A stretch of 64,000 nucleotides of DNA, taken from Sphagnum compactum. Its lineage: Eukaryota. The position numbers and the translations under genes are program-made. The stretch is taken from contig OZ234493.1 of assembly GCA_965153455.1 (NCBI GenBank), forward strand, positions 682,001 to 746,000. The letters are read 5' to 3'. The notes beneath the pieces are model-generated. The model was given only the letters and a program-made list of their open reading frames with translations. It did not search any database and had not been told where the DNA came from. Shown here in pieces: positions 14,000 through 28,879 of the stretch (position 1 is the stretch's first letter; every line of letters begins with the position of its first letter).

Positions 14000-16900
14000 T
14001 GTACCTTACATTTTAGTAACATCAAACTGGACCTAGGTTTCTTTTTGCTTGGATTTTGAACTTTGCATATTGCAATTTACAATAATATGCGGCTACCTAT
14101 CCCTTGTCCCAAAGTTCCCATAGGTAGATCTACTAGTTGGTTCAGATTTTTTTTTGCTATGACTGCATCCAATCTGGTTGTTTCCTTTACTACCATAAGA
14201 ATTAGGGCGTATAAATTGGGGCTGCATCATACTTAATTTGATGAAAAATTTAGAAGCTCGCTTCTATTGGCACTGGAATGTTCACTTGTACTTGATGTAT
14301 TTAAAGAATGTTCAACAATTTTAGATTTGTTAATTCTTCCACAATAACAGAATGGACAACACCATCCACTTCCAAATGAGGTTGGGTACTTAACAGTACA
14401 CTACTTGATTGTTATCTTCTTTTAAAGGGCTTTGTGGTCGTGTGAAGAAATGGTCATCTTCACTTTTCTCTCCATCCCATGCCAACTTTTCGTCAACATG
14501 TCTTGCCATGCTCAAAGTCTCTCCACACAACTTTGCTAATATGCTTTTCAATACATGACCTATGCACTATACCCCTTCAAGCAATGAAGCTATTAACATC
14601 CTCGAATTATAATTTACAACATTAAACTACATAAACTAGTGCTACTAAAAAAAAATTCAAAAACAAATAACATTTAAATACATAGTTCAACACCTTAGTT
14701 TCTATGTACTTACCTCATGAATTTTTGTATATATTAACCGTTATAATGCTGATTTCAATTTTGAAATAAATGGTCATACCATTCATCCTTGACTCCTAGT
14801 CATGCAATTCAGAACAAAATACATTAACATTTTAACATTGCTCATATGCATTTTGAAAAGGCATGGGTTAGGGTTAAACAACATCAATTCATCTCCACTT
14901 ACCTCCTACTTTATTTGTCATATGATTTGTATACAAATTATAGAGCTATGATAACACCACAAAGCATGAATAATAATAATGATAATAATAAATAGTAGAC
15001 TAGGCTAGTCAATTGCATCAACCAACAAAATGTAATAAAGAAAACATACTCATGTAACCTTAATATATACCTATAATTGTCGAAGATTTGAATTTGAGTA
15101 GCTAAAACAATCCAAAGCGGTGATAGAGTTCTTCACTGAGTTGTAATAGAAAAAGCTATTATAGGAATGAATTGCAACCTTATGCAAACCAAGCCAATAA
15201 TTTGCATCAACCAACAAAGTGCAACAAAAAAATGCACTCTTGTAACCTTAATACGTACCTACAACTGCAAGAGATCTAGGTTTGATCGGTAACTAAAATA
15301 GTCCAGATTGGTGACCTAGTTTTTCAATGCCTTGTCACACATTCAAAGCAAAAAATTTAGCCTTCTGCACATATCTATTATATGTTAGTTGTGATAAGAC
15401 ATGAATATCATCCATCATTTGCCAGAAATAGAATTAAATTCATGAGTGTATTAATCCATTTATGTGAGGACAGAAGTTAAGTCCTATTAAGCCCACTGAT
15501 TGTGAAAATACTCAATCAATAAAAATGAAATACATGACTTGAAGTTTGAAAAAATAATTGACTATTAAGGCCAAGTTGAATAAACATACTCTTGTGCAAC
15601 CCTAAAACATACTTGCAACCCACATGAAATGGGTTTGAATAGCTAAAATTGTCCATATTAGTGATCTGCAACTTTTCAAACCCTTATCACATATTCAAAG
15701 AAAAAGTTTCAAGTTTCTACAAAAATCTATTATACATTGTGGCATGTAAGGAATGTCACATGGACATTCCTATTTGTTAAAAAGGGAGTGAGATTGATTA
15801 GGGGTTTATTGATACAACTGTAGGAGGACAAAAGCTTCAATTTAGTGCCTACTCATTATGAATATGTTTAATCAATACACAAGTAAAAAATTTATCCTTT
15901 GCAACTAAGGAAACAATGATTAGTTGTCTTGAATGATTTTATCAATGACCATAGTCATACACTACAACTTCATTATTTACGTGGCATAAATATGAATAAT
16001 AAATTAGTCGATCATATCACTAGTGGATGAAAAATTACAAAATAGACATATTTCATCCATTTTCCATTGACCATATTTCACCCGCTATGGTTTTCAAGTG
16101 TGTGTGAGAGAATACAACACCAATGTGGATTATCCAGCTGTCATTTTTTCATGTAATGAAATATGCAAATTTAGTTTATGACTAAATTTCAATTACTTAC
16201 ATGATGTGGAAAATATTGTCATGATGTTGTGGCGTTTTTTTATGTTTAATTAATGAAATAATATCCAACATCATTAGAAAATCGGTCCCATTGTATGTTC
16301 TAAACTTTGGAGACTTGTAAAATGACTTATATATGACTAATAATTACTACTACATGGACAACGTGGCACCTTGTATAACTATAGAATCACTAACTTTAAA
16401 TGATGTGGTACCCTAGGTGGTCATACAATTATTTTACAATGATTCAAAAATGAATATTAATAATTTAATATGAGTACAAATGTACATAATAAACTATAAC
16501 ATGTAAGGAATTTATTTTGATTAATATTATACATATAATTAGTATAAAAACCTTTATTTCATTTTTCTTAAATATATTTGATATATAATCCATTTTAAAT
16601 ATTCAATGTGACTAAATTAAATAGTATACATTGAAATAAAATTTAATGGTAAAAGCATAATATTATATATAAAATAGAAATGTAAGATGTGTAATTTATT
16701 TGAAAATTAAAATCTCATCATAAATTTAAATGAAATTTTATATAATATATGTATAAAAAGAAATAAACGTATTTTACATGTGTAAAAATATATTATTACA
16801 CAATTATATTATATTATATGTGTAAGAAAATGAAAATTATAATTCCATATAATTATTTAGTATTTTAATATTAATATTAAATTAAAAGATTTAGATTGAA

Positions 16901-19900
16901 TTATACCTCATATTTAATATGACTAATATTATATTATATATATAACTGATTTATGATCCATTAATAAATATTTTATGTGGATAAATTACGTGGATTCATA
17001 CGTGTAAATTAAAAAGTTATTAATAAAGTTATGATATATTGGAAGCAAAATTGTAATATAAATTTTTAAACCAAACGAAGGTTTAAGATATGAAAGTTTT
17101 ATTTCTTTATTCATGTGTTAGCCATAAAGGTTTTTTCATTTACAAGACATGTGTTTGAATTTAATTTTTCCAAAACATGGTAATTGAAATGTTATCCAAT
17201 ATTTTACATTCAAATAATTTTCTTTTGAACTAAATTTACATTTAAAGAAAAACATTTGTGTACATTATTGAAAAACAATTAATGAATAAGTTTTCAATTT
17301 TTTCATTTGGACATACTATCAATAAAATATGACTTATTATATTTGAAATTTTGTGTAATGTTTAAATGAAATATGGGGTTAATAGAATAAACATTAAATT
17401 ATTTACAAACAACTAGGGTGGCTTGGTGGTAAAAGAGTTGAACTCCATCCTTGGGGTCCAAGGATCAAACTTCACAAATGACATGTGGTTTGGTCAACAT
17501 TGGAATATTGACCAAATATTTCGTACCTACCTAGACTACCTAGGTTAGGTGGATACTTAAGTGAACCTAAATAGGTAGATTATGTGGTTTACTAACCCAT
17601 TTAAATTAAGTTTTTAACTTAGTTTAGGTGATGACACATGTCAATACCTAATAGGATGAAAATAATGAAAATTAAAATAATTGAAATAAAAATACATCTT
17701 ATTATTAATATTATATATAATAAATTTATAATATTAAATACTATAAATTTAGAAAAAATTAGGTCCAATTTATAATAATAATTTTTAAAAACAATGACTT
17801 AACTATCACTAATGATTTCACATATGTCTTTTATGACTAATGGATGATAGATCATTGTTTCACATCGAGTCTTAAATGATTATTGTCTTAAACAACTCGT
17901 CCATAATGACTTTAGGGCTATTAGTCATTTTTGTCTTTTATGATTGGAATACTAATCATACATTCAGTCATACATTTGAAGAAGTTTAATAATGATAGAA
18001 AACAATACCAAAGTGTAGTTTGAACAAGTAATTGGCTATTGAGATAAAGTGGATATAAATATATTCAACATACAATTCAGAATACATACCTACAACCCAA
18101 ATGAAATGGGTTTGAATAGTTGTACAGTCCAAATTGGTGATGGAGTTGTCTATTGCCTTCTCACCCACTCAAGAGAATGATGTTTAGCCTTTTACATAGG
18201 TCTATCATCAATTGTCCCCTGTATAAGCAAATTTTCATATAAACTAAAACAATTTATGAAACATATGTTGAACAAATGTCTATAAGCAACAATATTCCAA
18301 TTGTTATAAGACCCTAGTGGAAGCTTGAAATAATGTCTCAACCATGGAGTGTAATGAGGATGTAAAAATGCACCCTATAGTTGGTCTAATGAGCATTGAC
18401 AATGCTTGAGGCCACACCTTAGATATTGGACTTTGATCACTTAGCAATTGATATGGGTGGGACAGCAAAATATGTCGCTTAATCTCCAAAATGTCCTATA
18501 TGGCAATAAACAAACATGCAATATAAGTTGTTTGAAGTGAACTTTGAGCAAAATTTCTCTAAAAATCATGTTGTTTATATCCTTGTGAATCAAATACATT
18601 TAAGAGGAAGTGCTCTACACTTAACACCTGAATGTAAGAGGATTGTCATTTTTATTAAAATACCAACAATTTAAAATTTAAATAGTTTATTACATCCTAT
18701 GAGTTTCTTGACATGTTTACTTGTCACATGTAAATTGTGAAAATAACAGGATAATGTTTTAAAAGGAGAATTTTTAAATTTAGTATAAGAGTTGACTGGG
18801 CTAGTTGGACTACTTGCATATGTTGAATTTTTTTGCAGAGATGCCACTGCTTTTAAAGAGCCTCCTGTAGTTCCAAAAAAATTTAAGTTATAAAAGTATA
18901 CATGACCACGCAATCCATCAGTTTTTTTACTTGAGACATGGCAATTAAGCAACTTGGTTTACTTTCATTTCCACCAAACTAGATTCTAGCTAACAAGTTC
19001 CCTCTAAGACCTTTTTTACACCCATTCATTGGTTCCCATAGTCGACTTTCAATCCTGGGATGGCAACAGGGATGAAAGGTCCACTTGTTGCATCTTTTTG
19101 GAACTCTTGATGAAGAATTGAGCTAAATGAAACAATGTAGTCATAACATTATGAATTGTCACTCACAAAGTGTTAGACCATCACCTTCATCGTGAACAAC
19201 AATGACGAGCTACCATGACATTAAATTCAATTATTCATCTCCCAATGTTGGGTGTAAGTGACTATATATTATCTGCCCATAACTCTGTGTAAATAATTAT
19301 AGAAATATATATATGTCCTCAACCTTTGTTGCATTTCCAAAAGCAATGTGGAAGACATAGTTATGGTGCTAACTAACATTACTTAATATACAAAGACAAT
19401 TATTCAAAGCTATTTAGGTGACCATATTATATGACATGTTGTTTTGACCTTGAAAAGCACATGGTGGAGTTAACCATCTATAGATAGGGCATTCCAACGA
19501 GACAAGAAAAGCTCTTCATTCTTAACTCAATTCCTCATGACTGTTTCCTTTCACTATTTTAAAGCATTCACCCACAAGTAAAGCAATTGAATCACTCACA
19601 AGCATATGCAAAGCCATTTTACAAGCTATTAATATGCTTGTTCGAAAGCTGGATCCCTATAAAGATGGTAAATTAGACATAGATCAATACCCAAAAATAA
19701 ATTTGGAAGGACCTTTTGCTGTATAATGAACTTTTTGCCAATACCATCAAGAGCAACAGTTGATGCATTTCAAGTGAATTCTTCCACGGTTGACATTGTT
19801 CTAACAATAGGTCTTTGTTAAGGTTTCAATGAAAAATAAGGTGTTTCTAAAACACTAATCAACAAAACTTCAAGGTTTCTAATGGCAAGTGCAAAAAGTA

Positions 19901-20528
19901 AAACACGTAAAATAGCTAGGTCTCACTTCTCCCTTGCACATTGAATTACAAATTGCCAACAACACTCTTTCCAATGAGCTTCAAAACTCTTCGACCACAC
20001 ACTGAACACTTGAAGCTATGTTATAACATCTTTTCAGAAGCTCTGGTTTCAAAACTATGAGAATTACAAGCATTGGAGTAGCTTGAAAAATATTTTGCCG
20101 ACATTGGGAAAAATGTGTTTGTACTTCATCAATTTCTGTCAAATAGCTCAACCTAGTTCCAAAGCTCTCCAACATTGAAGTTCAACTGATGCCTCCATGA
20201 AATTAAAATCAACACCAAAAATGGTGTGAAAACTTGACCAAAGGGAGCTCAAAAAGAAATGAACGCTTTAACCTACAAGTGGGAAACGACAGGCTTCTCA
20301 TGAATGATGGGCTTTGCATGAAAAGGAGGATGATGGGATTCACATTTCATCCCACCCTTTTGAAATGACCCAACCGTCATTTGCCACGTGTAAGTGGGAA
20401 AAAAAAAGGAACATTTTAAAGTAATTAATCTCCTTACCTAAAGCAATGCTTCTAGCTCCTTTGAGTGCATTTTGACTCGTATGAAAAATTTGAGTCTTTG
20501 AATTTCCTCTTTGTGGTTTGACATCCAT
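14000..20528 (-). pseudogene. Decayed multi-exon gene of unknown function with internally repeated exons (possibly B3-like)
   Basis: ATG at 20528 (MDVKPQRG...SIAL|GTAAGG); minus-strand donors near 20437, 18088, 15257, 15069, 14901 and 14711; an exon encoding SP(I/L)W(T/I)... recurs about 4 times. Confidence 0.35.
17416..17475 (+). repeat. tRNA-derived (SINE-head-like) remnant, not a functional tRNA
   Basis: A-box-like TGGCTTGGTGG (17419) and B-box-like GGATCAAACTT (17462) at tRNA spacing; no intact cloverleaf. Confidence 0.35.
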
Positions 20529-23019
20529 TTATGGAAGCAAAGGAATGGAAAGAACCCCTTATTTCTTTTCTTGGTGCTCCTTTCTTTCCAAAAGAAAAAA
20601 GTAGTTTGTAAAGTGAGTTTTTTTTTTCTTATAATAGAAGGAAAGGCAAGTTAGGGGATCTAATTTTCCCACCCCTTTTGGTTTCAAAGTTGTCAAGCTA
20701 AAGTGCCCAAATGCAAGGCTTAGCTAAAAGTGGAAGTGAGTGATTTGCAATGAATAAATATTTTATGAATTATAAAGATGATTGCTAGAATAGAAGCATT
20801 TGATGCTACCCCTTTTGATTAGGTAATTGCAAGGTGTTTTAATATTAAGGCTTGTGTGATTTGGAGTGGTATGCACAATTAGGTTTAACCATGAAGATCC
20901 AATAATAGGAGATTTGGCCATTAGTATCAATTACAATGAATTTTACACCAAAGTTCATGTTATCTAGTTCAAGGTGAGAAACAAAAGATAGAAATGGATC
21001 TTGTTCCAATACATAGAGGCATTACAACAAAATGTGTCCTTATATGCCATGTGATTTCATGGGATTTTGAATGAGTTCATTGATCCCAATGAATAGGACC
21101 TAGTGAGGATGTAATGAATTCATTAGTGGTCATACTTAGTATATGCAATTTATGGGTTCAAATTTTAGTAATTTCATCAAATAATGGAGCAAATTTTATG
21201 ATTTAAACTTGAGGATTTGCTCTTGGTGATTGAATTGTGCATGTGAAAATAATTGGATGAAGCTCACATTAATTAGTTGGACTTTCATTCAAACTAATTA
21301 TGGAAAGATATATTCACAATAAAATGACCATTTTCAAATGTAACTAATGGTTTTTTAAAAAAAAATTGTTTTGCATCTTGGTGATGAAAAAATCAAAAGG
21401 GGATTTTTGTGTGCGTATTTCTTTAATATTTTGAAAAATTCACCTTTTTCAACCAAATTTTTGAAAATAATCACAACAATTACCATATTTAAACAACATT
21501 TATGGTCTTGGTTTACTTAATTGCTACTTTTCAAATTTTTCCTATTTTAGGCATTTATTTTTTAAAAAATTCACCATCAATGTGTGATAGTCAAAATTTG
21601 TATTTATAAAACCTTTTTCAATATGTTATATTTTAAAATGTTAATTTGTATTGATGTTGAAAGCTTTGGATTTACTTATATAACAAAGTTCATAATATAC
21701 CATAGAAACATGTAAATAAATTTGAAATCGATCTAATGAATAAAAAATTACCCTTTTAACTAGTAAAAAAATTATAAAATGATTTGAAAACATTTGAAAA
21801 TGACATGTTTTTGGCAAATGTTTAATATAAACTTTATGATAGTATTTAACATGTAAAAACCTATAAATACTATCATGTTTAAGTCTATATTAATATGATA
21901 ACATGTTTAATCCTATGTTAAACCCTATAAGGATTAAACATATTATAGCTTAATTAAAATCTAGAAGGTATAGGTTACTGATCTATTTTGTTAAGGATCA
22001 AAGGATTTGTAAAGATTCTATTTAAAATAGCTTTTAGTTATAGGGCATCTTAGCTTCTAGTGATTATTGATTTCAATCTATTTGTTGAACTAGTGTAGTG
22101 TGACCAGACACATTTCAACAAAATATGCACAAAGGGTAGAATCCATTGTTAAACCATATATCATGGCCCACTTATTTTTTTAATTATTATTGTTAGTTAA
22201 AGATGAATCACCACCAAAAGTTTTTTCCTTTTAAACCCCTTCGCCATGCAACTAGATGTTCAATTTTATCAGAATGTGACCAATCTTGAGTTTCCATTCA
22301 CAAATGGTAAAAATTTTCACTATTTATAAACAAATGACCATTGTCACAAAGTTCATTAGCATTGAAATTATAATCCCAACTCATTTTTTTGATAATTCAA
22401 AAAGCTAATAAAAAATCTCATTCTTAAATTACAAAAATGTTCTAATGGTTTTGTAAACATATTTTTGACTATCAATGTTGACCACTTACATGTGTACCCA
22501 TCCATAACAAATTGTTCTTACTAAACCATAAAAATGTTTAGTGGTTATCTTCACATCTTGTTCATTATCAATGTCATTACATATGTACCCATTCATGCAT
22601 AACAAATTATTCTTCTTACTAAACCACAAAAATGCTTTAATGGTTTTTTCCACGGCTTGTCCATTATCAACGTCATATGTGTATCCATTCCACACATAAC
22701 AAGTTGTTATTGTTACCCATACAACACACTTGGCACCCATTAAATTGAATTTTTTTTCAGCTTCATTGTGATGAAACTTTAAGCATCATAGATTTAACTT
22801 ATGTTGTGACATTGATTACACACATGACATGAAACTTTTTTTCTTCATCATGATGAGAACTTGAATGTTACAATTTTAATTAATTTCACAACATGAGCTT
22901 CACACATGACATGAAATTTTTTAATTAATTAATTATCAATGTTGATCAATATTTCAATTTGAAACAATAATGCCTTATTAATGTTTGATTAAAAGACCAA
23001 ATTTACATTATATTAACAT

Positions 23020-23770
23020 AAATTTAACCTTGGTTAACTTAAGTTTAATGTTGATTAGCGTAATGTAATTGAATTTTAGCCCAAGTTAACTTAGGTTTGA
23101 CTTTGGTTAGCTAAGGTTTAACCAAGGTTATATTAAGTTTATTCTAGGTTTTGCCTAAGTTTAGTTTTGGTTAACCAAGTTTTAATCAAGTCACTTAGTT
23201 TAAATTTAACTTAGTTTTAACTTTTATTAGCCTATATTTAATTTAATTACCTTAATTTTAATTTTAATTTCACCTTGATTACCCTAAATTTAGCCTACTG
23301 TTAGCTTTAGTTAGCTTTGGCTGAGCTTAATTTTATCCTTGGTTTATTTTAGGTTAACTTAGGTTTAATTCAAATTTAACCAAAGTTTAACATAATTAGC
23401 TTAAGCTTATATAATGTGAGTTTAATTCAACCTAAATAACATTAAGTTATATTAGTTTAACCTATAATAGTTAATGTTTAACCTTTATTTAGTTTAGGTT
23501 TAATTTAAGTTGAACCTTGATTAAACTATGTTTAGATTTGGTTAGCCTAAGTTTAACCTTTATTTAACCCAAGGTTAATTTAAATTCAGTTTATTAAGTT
23601 TAACTTAATTTCACATAAATTGTCTTAGGTTATATTAGGTTAGCCTAAATTAGTTTTGGTCAACCTAGATTAGCCTTGGTCTACCTAGGTATTTAAGGTT
23701 GTCATAAATTAGGTTTATCGTAGTTAAGATGGACCTAGGTAGCGTAAATTAACCCATGTTAGCCTAGGTT
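23020..23770. repeat. Low-complexity degenerate short-period repeat (TTAACC/GGTTAA/CCTAGG-rich); resumes at ~26020-26130
   Basis: Dense recurrence of AGGTTAAC, TTTAACC and TTAGCCTA motifs. Confidence 0.65.
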
Positions 23771-23774
23771 ATTT

Positions 23775-26016
23775 CATTATTTAAAAAAGGCCAATTTGCG
23801 ATTACAGTTTGTGACTAAAAACCAATTGTAATCAACTTTACAACTAAAACATCCCTTAGTTGCATAAGTGAAGTTGCATTGAACGTTTAATTGCAAATGA
23901 TGACTTAGCACGATGTTAACACATTTATTATGGATAAAGTATACAATCAACATATACACTAACGTATAACATTTGCAACTACTAACCATTTTTTTGCAAC
24001 TAATAAATAACCCTATCACTAATTGTCATTTGTTAACATAATTAGTTTTTGGGCAAAAATTCCTTATTATTGAAATATTAATCTAGGCCATCCATTATTG
24101 AAGGCCATAGATTTCAACACATTCTCTAATTAAATTTTACCATGTGTCAAAACTTAGATTTTTTTTATAAATGATAAAATATTGATCCCAAACATCCATT
24201 ATTATTATTCAATTTAAATGTATTTAAATTGTGACATGCAACATAATCAAAAGTTGCCATTCTTGGCATATTAATTAAAATTGAAAATTTTAAAAAAGAA
24301 ATTAAAATACTTACATAGGTGGTAGGTAGGTAAAATTATGTGCATAAAAAATACCTACCTACCTAGGATACATACCTACCTAAGCTACTTACTTACCCAC
24401 CTACCTACCTAAGTAAGAAGGTAGGTAAATAGGTAGGCGAGTTAAAAAGTAACTATGTAAATTTTTTTTTTTATTTTATGTTTGTGTTTATGATTAAACT
24501 TTTTTGAATTCATCCCAAATGGAACATGATTTTTAATGTGAAAAGAAAAACCCAACCAATTAAATGGTAACTCCTGAATATTAATTGTAAATGATCTAAT
24601 TACTAACTTATTCAATTAATTTGTAGAAATTAAATCAGTTTTAAGAAACCATTAATATTAACTAAATAATCTAACTTGTGAATAATTAAAAAATTATATT
24701 TTATAACTAACTAAATATTAACTAATCAGTATTTATTAGTTGTTAACCATATTTTTTATTAATGAATACTAACTGTCACATAGTTTAATAACTAAATAAA
24801 TAAATATTATATATTAAAATATTCACACATTTATATAATGACTTTTATTGACTAATTACTAAATATGAAATATGTTTAATTAATCAATAATAGTAACTAG
24901 ACAATTTAATTTGTGAAAAAATTGTTATTTATTATTCATTGGCTGACTAAATATTTACAAATTAGTAGTCGTTAACTATTAACCATAACACTTGATTAAC
25001 TAGTTAAATCAAAATATTGAAATATTTGAAAATAATCATATATTTCAGAATTAATTAAATAAGAAATAATCAAATAATTATTATCTGAATAGTTAGGCAG
25101 AAAATTTAATTTATCCGACTTAGTATTGAGAAAATTTATTTATTTCATTTTAAATAAATATTAATTAATTAATTAATTATAAATTATTGACAAATCATAC
25201 ATGGCTAAATATTTATACAAATGATTTATTTACTAATGTATTTACTTCTTGATAGAAACTAAATAAGTTTTAATTAATTAACTATTATTTCATATTTCCT
25301 AATTAATCAATTAATTAATATAAATAATTTATGAATAATGAGGAATTATTGTATCAATTTAAGATTTAACATATAAATCATCAACAAAAAGTTTTGAAGT
25401 AACTAATAAATAATAATTGATCACTTGATTGGTTGGTATTAGTCAAAATATAATTAAATGATTATGTAAAATTATTTGGTTCATATTTTATACTAACCAA
25501 TAGATTGGTGACAATAATTAACTATCAATAATTAATGTTTGTTAAATAAAACAACTATATCATATTAATATGACCCCACCATTTTAATTTAATCATACCT
25601 TAATAAAGATGGTATATTATTAAATGAACCATAAAAAATCAAAATATTTTTTTTTCAATCCAATATGCCCATCATATGGGCAAATATATGTTTAATATAC
25701 CATGAATAAAATCTATATAATACATTTTAAATGTAGTCCACAGACCTTAGTGTACATTAAATGTACAAACACACAATAATAAGTAATAAAATTGCAACTA
25801 AATGAACATAGGAACCTATTTTTGAATGAAAAATGCAAGAAACTAGTCAATATGGAAGGATGTGTAATTTAATAGTGGCACCATAGTTGCAAAAATAATG
25901 GTGAATTTCAAAAGATGGTGACTAATTGTCAAAATGATAAAACAAAGTTGCAAATGATAGATAGTTGCATGTAGTTGCAAATTGAATAGTTATGTATTAC
26001 AATATTTCTTGTAATG
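23775..26016. mobile_element. Decayed non-autonomous CACTA element (CATTA...TAATG termini)
   Basis: TTT|CATTA at 23775 and TAATG|TTT at 26016 (3-bp TSD); GCAACT/AGTTGC subterminal clusters at both ends, like the CACTA at 58665; very AT-rich interior. Confidence 0.6.
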
Positions 26017-28879
26017 TTTTATGTAGTTTAGGTTCACATGTATATGATCATGCTACCTTAGGTATCCTTAAGATAGCCTAATTTAACATAGGTTTACCTA
26101 AGGTATTTTAGGCTAAACTTAGCTTAAATAATGTCATGGACAACAAACCATAAAAAAATATTTTAGAGTTTCTTAGAAAGATCTTTGAAAAATATGTTTA
26201 ATTTTTAAAATTAAAAAAAATCATGAATAATATGCTTAGAAGCTTCTAGAAGTTTCTAGAAACATTTTGAAATAATTGTTTGAAATATTTTAGAAGGATC
26301 CATGAATAATAGGTTTAAAACTTTTTTAAAGATTTAGAACTATTAAAAGCTTATGAAATAAATTTCTAGAAATCAATGGAAGCTTCTAAAAGTCATGATT
26401 AATGAAAACTTTTAGAAGACATGATAGATGCAAGTTTTTAAAAGGCTTAGTTGGTAGAACTTTCCAAAAGGTTATTGATCTTTTAAAATATTCCATTAAA
26501 TAATATCAAAATATATCAAAAGGTTACCGTGTTCCTTAATCTCACCCACACAAGTTAAACATGATATCAACAAGAAGTACACAGGTTAGCTTGCATCATG
26601 CCACATTTAATCAATAAAGTTATCTAGTTTTTATTTGTTGCTGAGTTTATTACTTGTCAAGTTTATTTGTTTTCTTCAAGTTGAATTTTGTCTTGTCCTT
26701 GACAAGGCATATAGGTTAATTTATTTAAATTGTCTTAACTCATTATTTACATTTTTATTGTGAATAGTTTTATTACCCAAAAAATGTTGTGGTGCACTGG
26801 TTATGAACATGAACCTTCAAAGTGGTGGTGAGGCATTCAAGATTTCATACTTACAACCTAGGTAAATGGCTTAATTGACCTAGGTTCCTTATGTAGGTAG
26901 CCCACCTAGGCTTTTGACCAAGTTTGTTTTTTAGCCTAGGTGGTCTAAATTAGGTTTCTCAGCGTAGACCGCAAACGTTAAAGGCTTTTTAGGCTATATC
27001 CTTTAACCTTATTTGATTAGGTTGTTGTTGCCACATGACATCACACAATTGGACCACAAAATTCATTTGTTAGCTCTAAGATACCATGTGGCAGTTCATG
27101 AATGGGCAATAAGTTTTTTAATATGGCCTAGGTTACCATGATGGAATTTCCTATTCAAGTGTTATTGAAAAGTTGCACTAATTTTTAAGTGAAAAGTTAC
27201 ATTAACATTTTTGTGACATTTTCCATCATTTATTTTGGGACCTCAAAATTTTCATCTAAAAAGTAATAATTAAATTGCCTAATGAAACATGTCGATGCTC
27301 AAAATGATTAAACATGGTTTCACTAAAAATGTCCTAATCAACTAATCCTTTTGCACTAAAATATACATCCAATGCATTCAAGTGCATTAAAATAACGATG
27401 GGAATGCTACTAATCAAGCTCAATTACATGTTTATGTGAGACCTTTCCAAAGTACAAACACACACTACACCACATACTAACAAGTTAATAATATTTATAA
27501 AAACATTAAAGAATAGGCATCAAATGAGTTTCTTGATCTTTATCAAGAAAAATATTTTCTTCTTTGCTAAAGTTCATAAGCATCATATTTCACTATGAGG
27601 ATTGTTCAAAACTTACATCAATTCAACACTCTCAAGTGCATGACGACAAAACTTGTGTGATCATGACATTGCAAATTCATAGCAACATTGTCATGCATGA
27701 AAATCAATCGTCTAACCATTTCCAAGGTCAAAATGTCCACCTTATTTGAACACCTTATGTATTTGCACACCTCCGTGGCTTCAAAAAAAGATATGAGAAC
27801 ACCACAAGGTCAATTTTCTTTCACATCAATGTCTCACTTTTAATCATTAGGTTGCATGTTAAAATCATATTAATAGTCGTTTCTAGGTCCATTGATGTCT
27901 TGCCATATGTTTGTTCTTTATGTTGCTTGAATGTTTTTGCTTCAAATAATCACCATATTGGCAAAAGACCATTGCTTATAATCATCTACCAAAGTCTTTT
28001 AAGCTTCATTAATGAGTTGCAAACAAAAAAGCTCTTTATTTTGATCTTGCCATCATCGAATTGCCAAATTTTTTAGCCAAATGTAATTCAATACCACCTT
28101 GTCAAGGACAATAGTTTGAAAGGTTTCAAGTTGCATATTCATGGTGATGTGGCCTTTCATTACTATTCATTCAAAATCAAAACCCCCTAGTAGAAGACTA
28201 AAAACACAAATTGCAATACATTCCCAATGTTTTGGATAATCCAAATCTACAACCAAAAGTAAACACTTGATTGTAAATGACCTTGAATTTGATCTCATTA
28301 CATAGGGAATATCGAAATTTGGGCATCAAGGGCATTCAAGAACATCATGAAAGTTATGGGAATGACAGTAAACAAGTTTATATACTTGGTTAAAGTCAAT
28401 TCAAAGCACAAGTTACAAACACTAATAGGTCATGTAACAACAAATTTATAGCACCTTAACTAATATTGATAAAACATCCAACAATTAGGAACAAATTTCA
28501 AAATTGCAATGAATTCCAACAAGTGCCTATGTTTGAAGTTCAAGAAACATTATTAATTACATATGTAATTCTCATTGTCCAACTTTAATAAAAATCAATG
28601 CTTGAAAACAATTATTGTCCAACTTGTTTAATTTAACTTTGAAAATTGTTGGAATGCATTGAATGCTTTGGTAATATTTTATTTGGTAAGGTACAATGAA
28701 AGTTTCCTAAGGCATAGGGTCCAATTTCAAGGTCCAATTGATAAAAATGTGATATTCACATGTGAAAGGATTAGGTTGACATTTCTTCTTCTTTTTTTCC
28801 TTTTTTCTTAGTTATTGTTTCCTCCTATACACAATAGATGAACATAGGCATAAGATATTGGTGGTCCTAGATTTTACTA

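Noticed and set aside
27300-28200. Possible minus-strand hAT (DUF659-type) remnant
   Set aside because: Motif resemblance too weak to support
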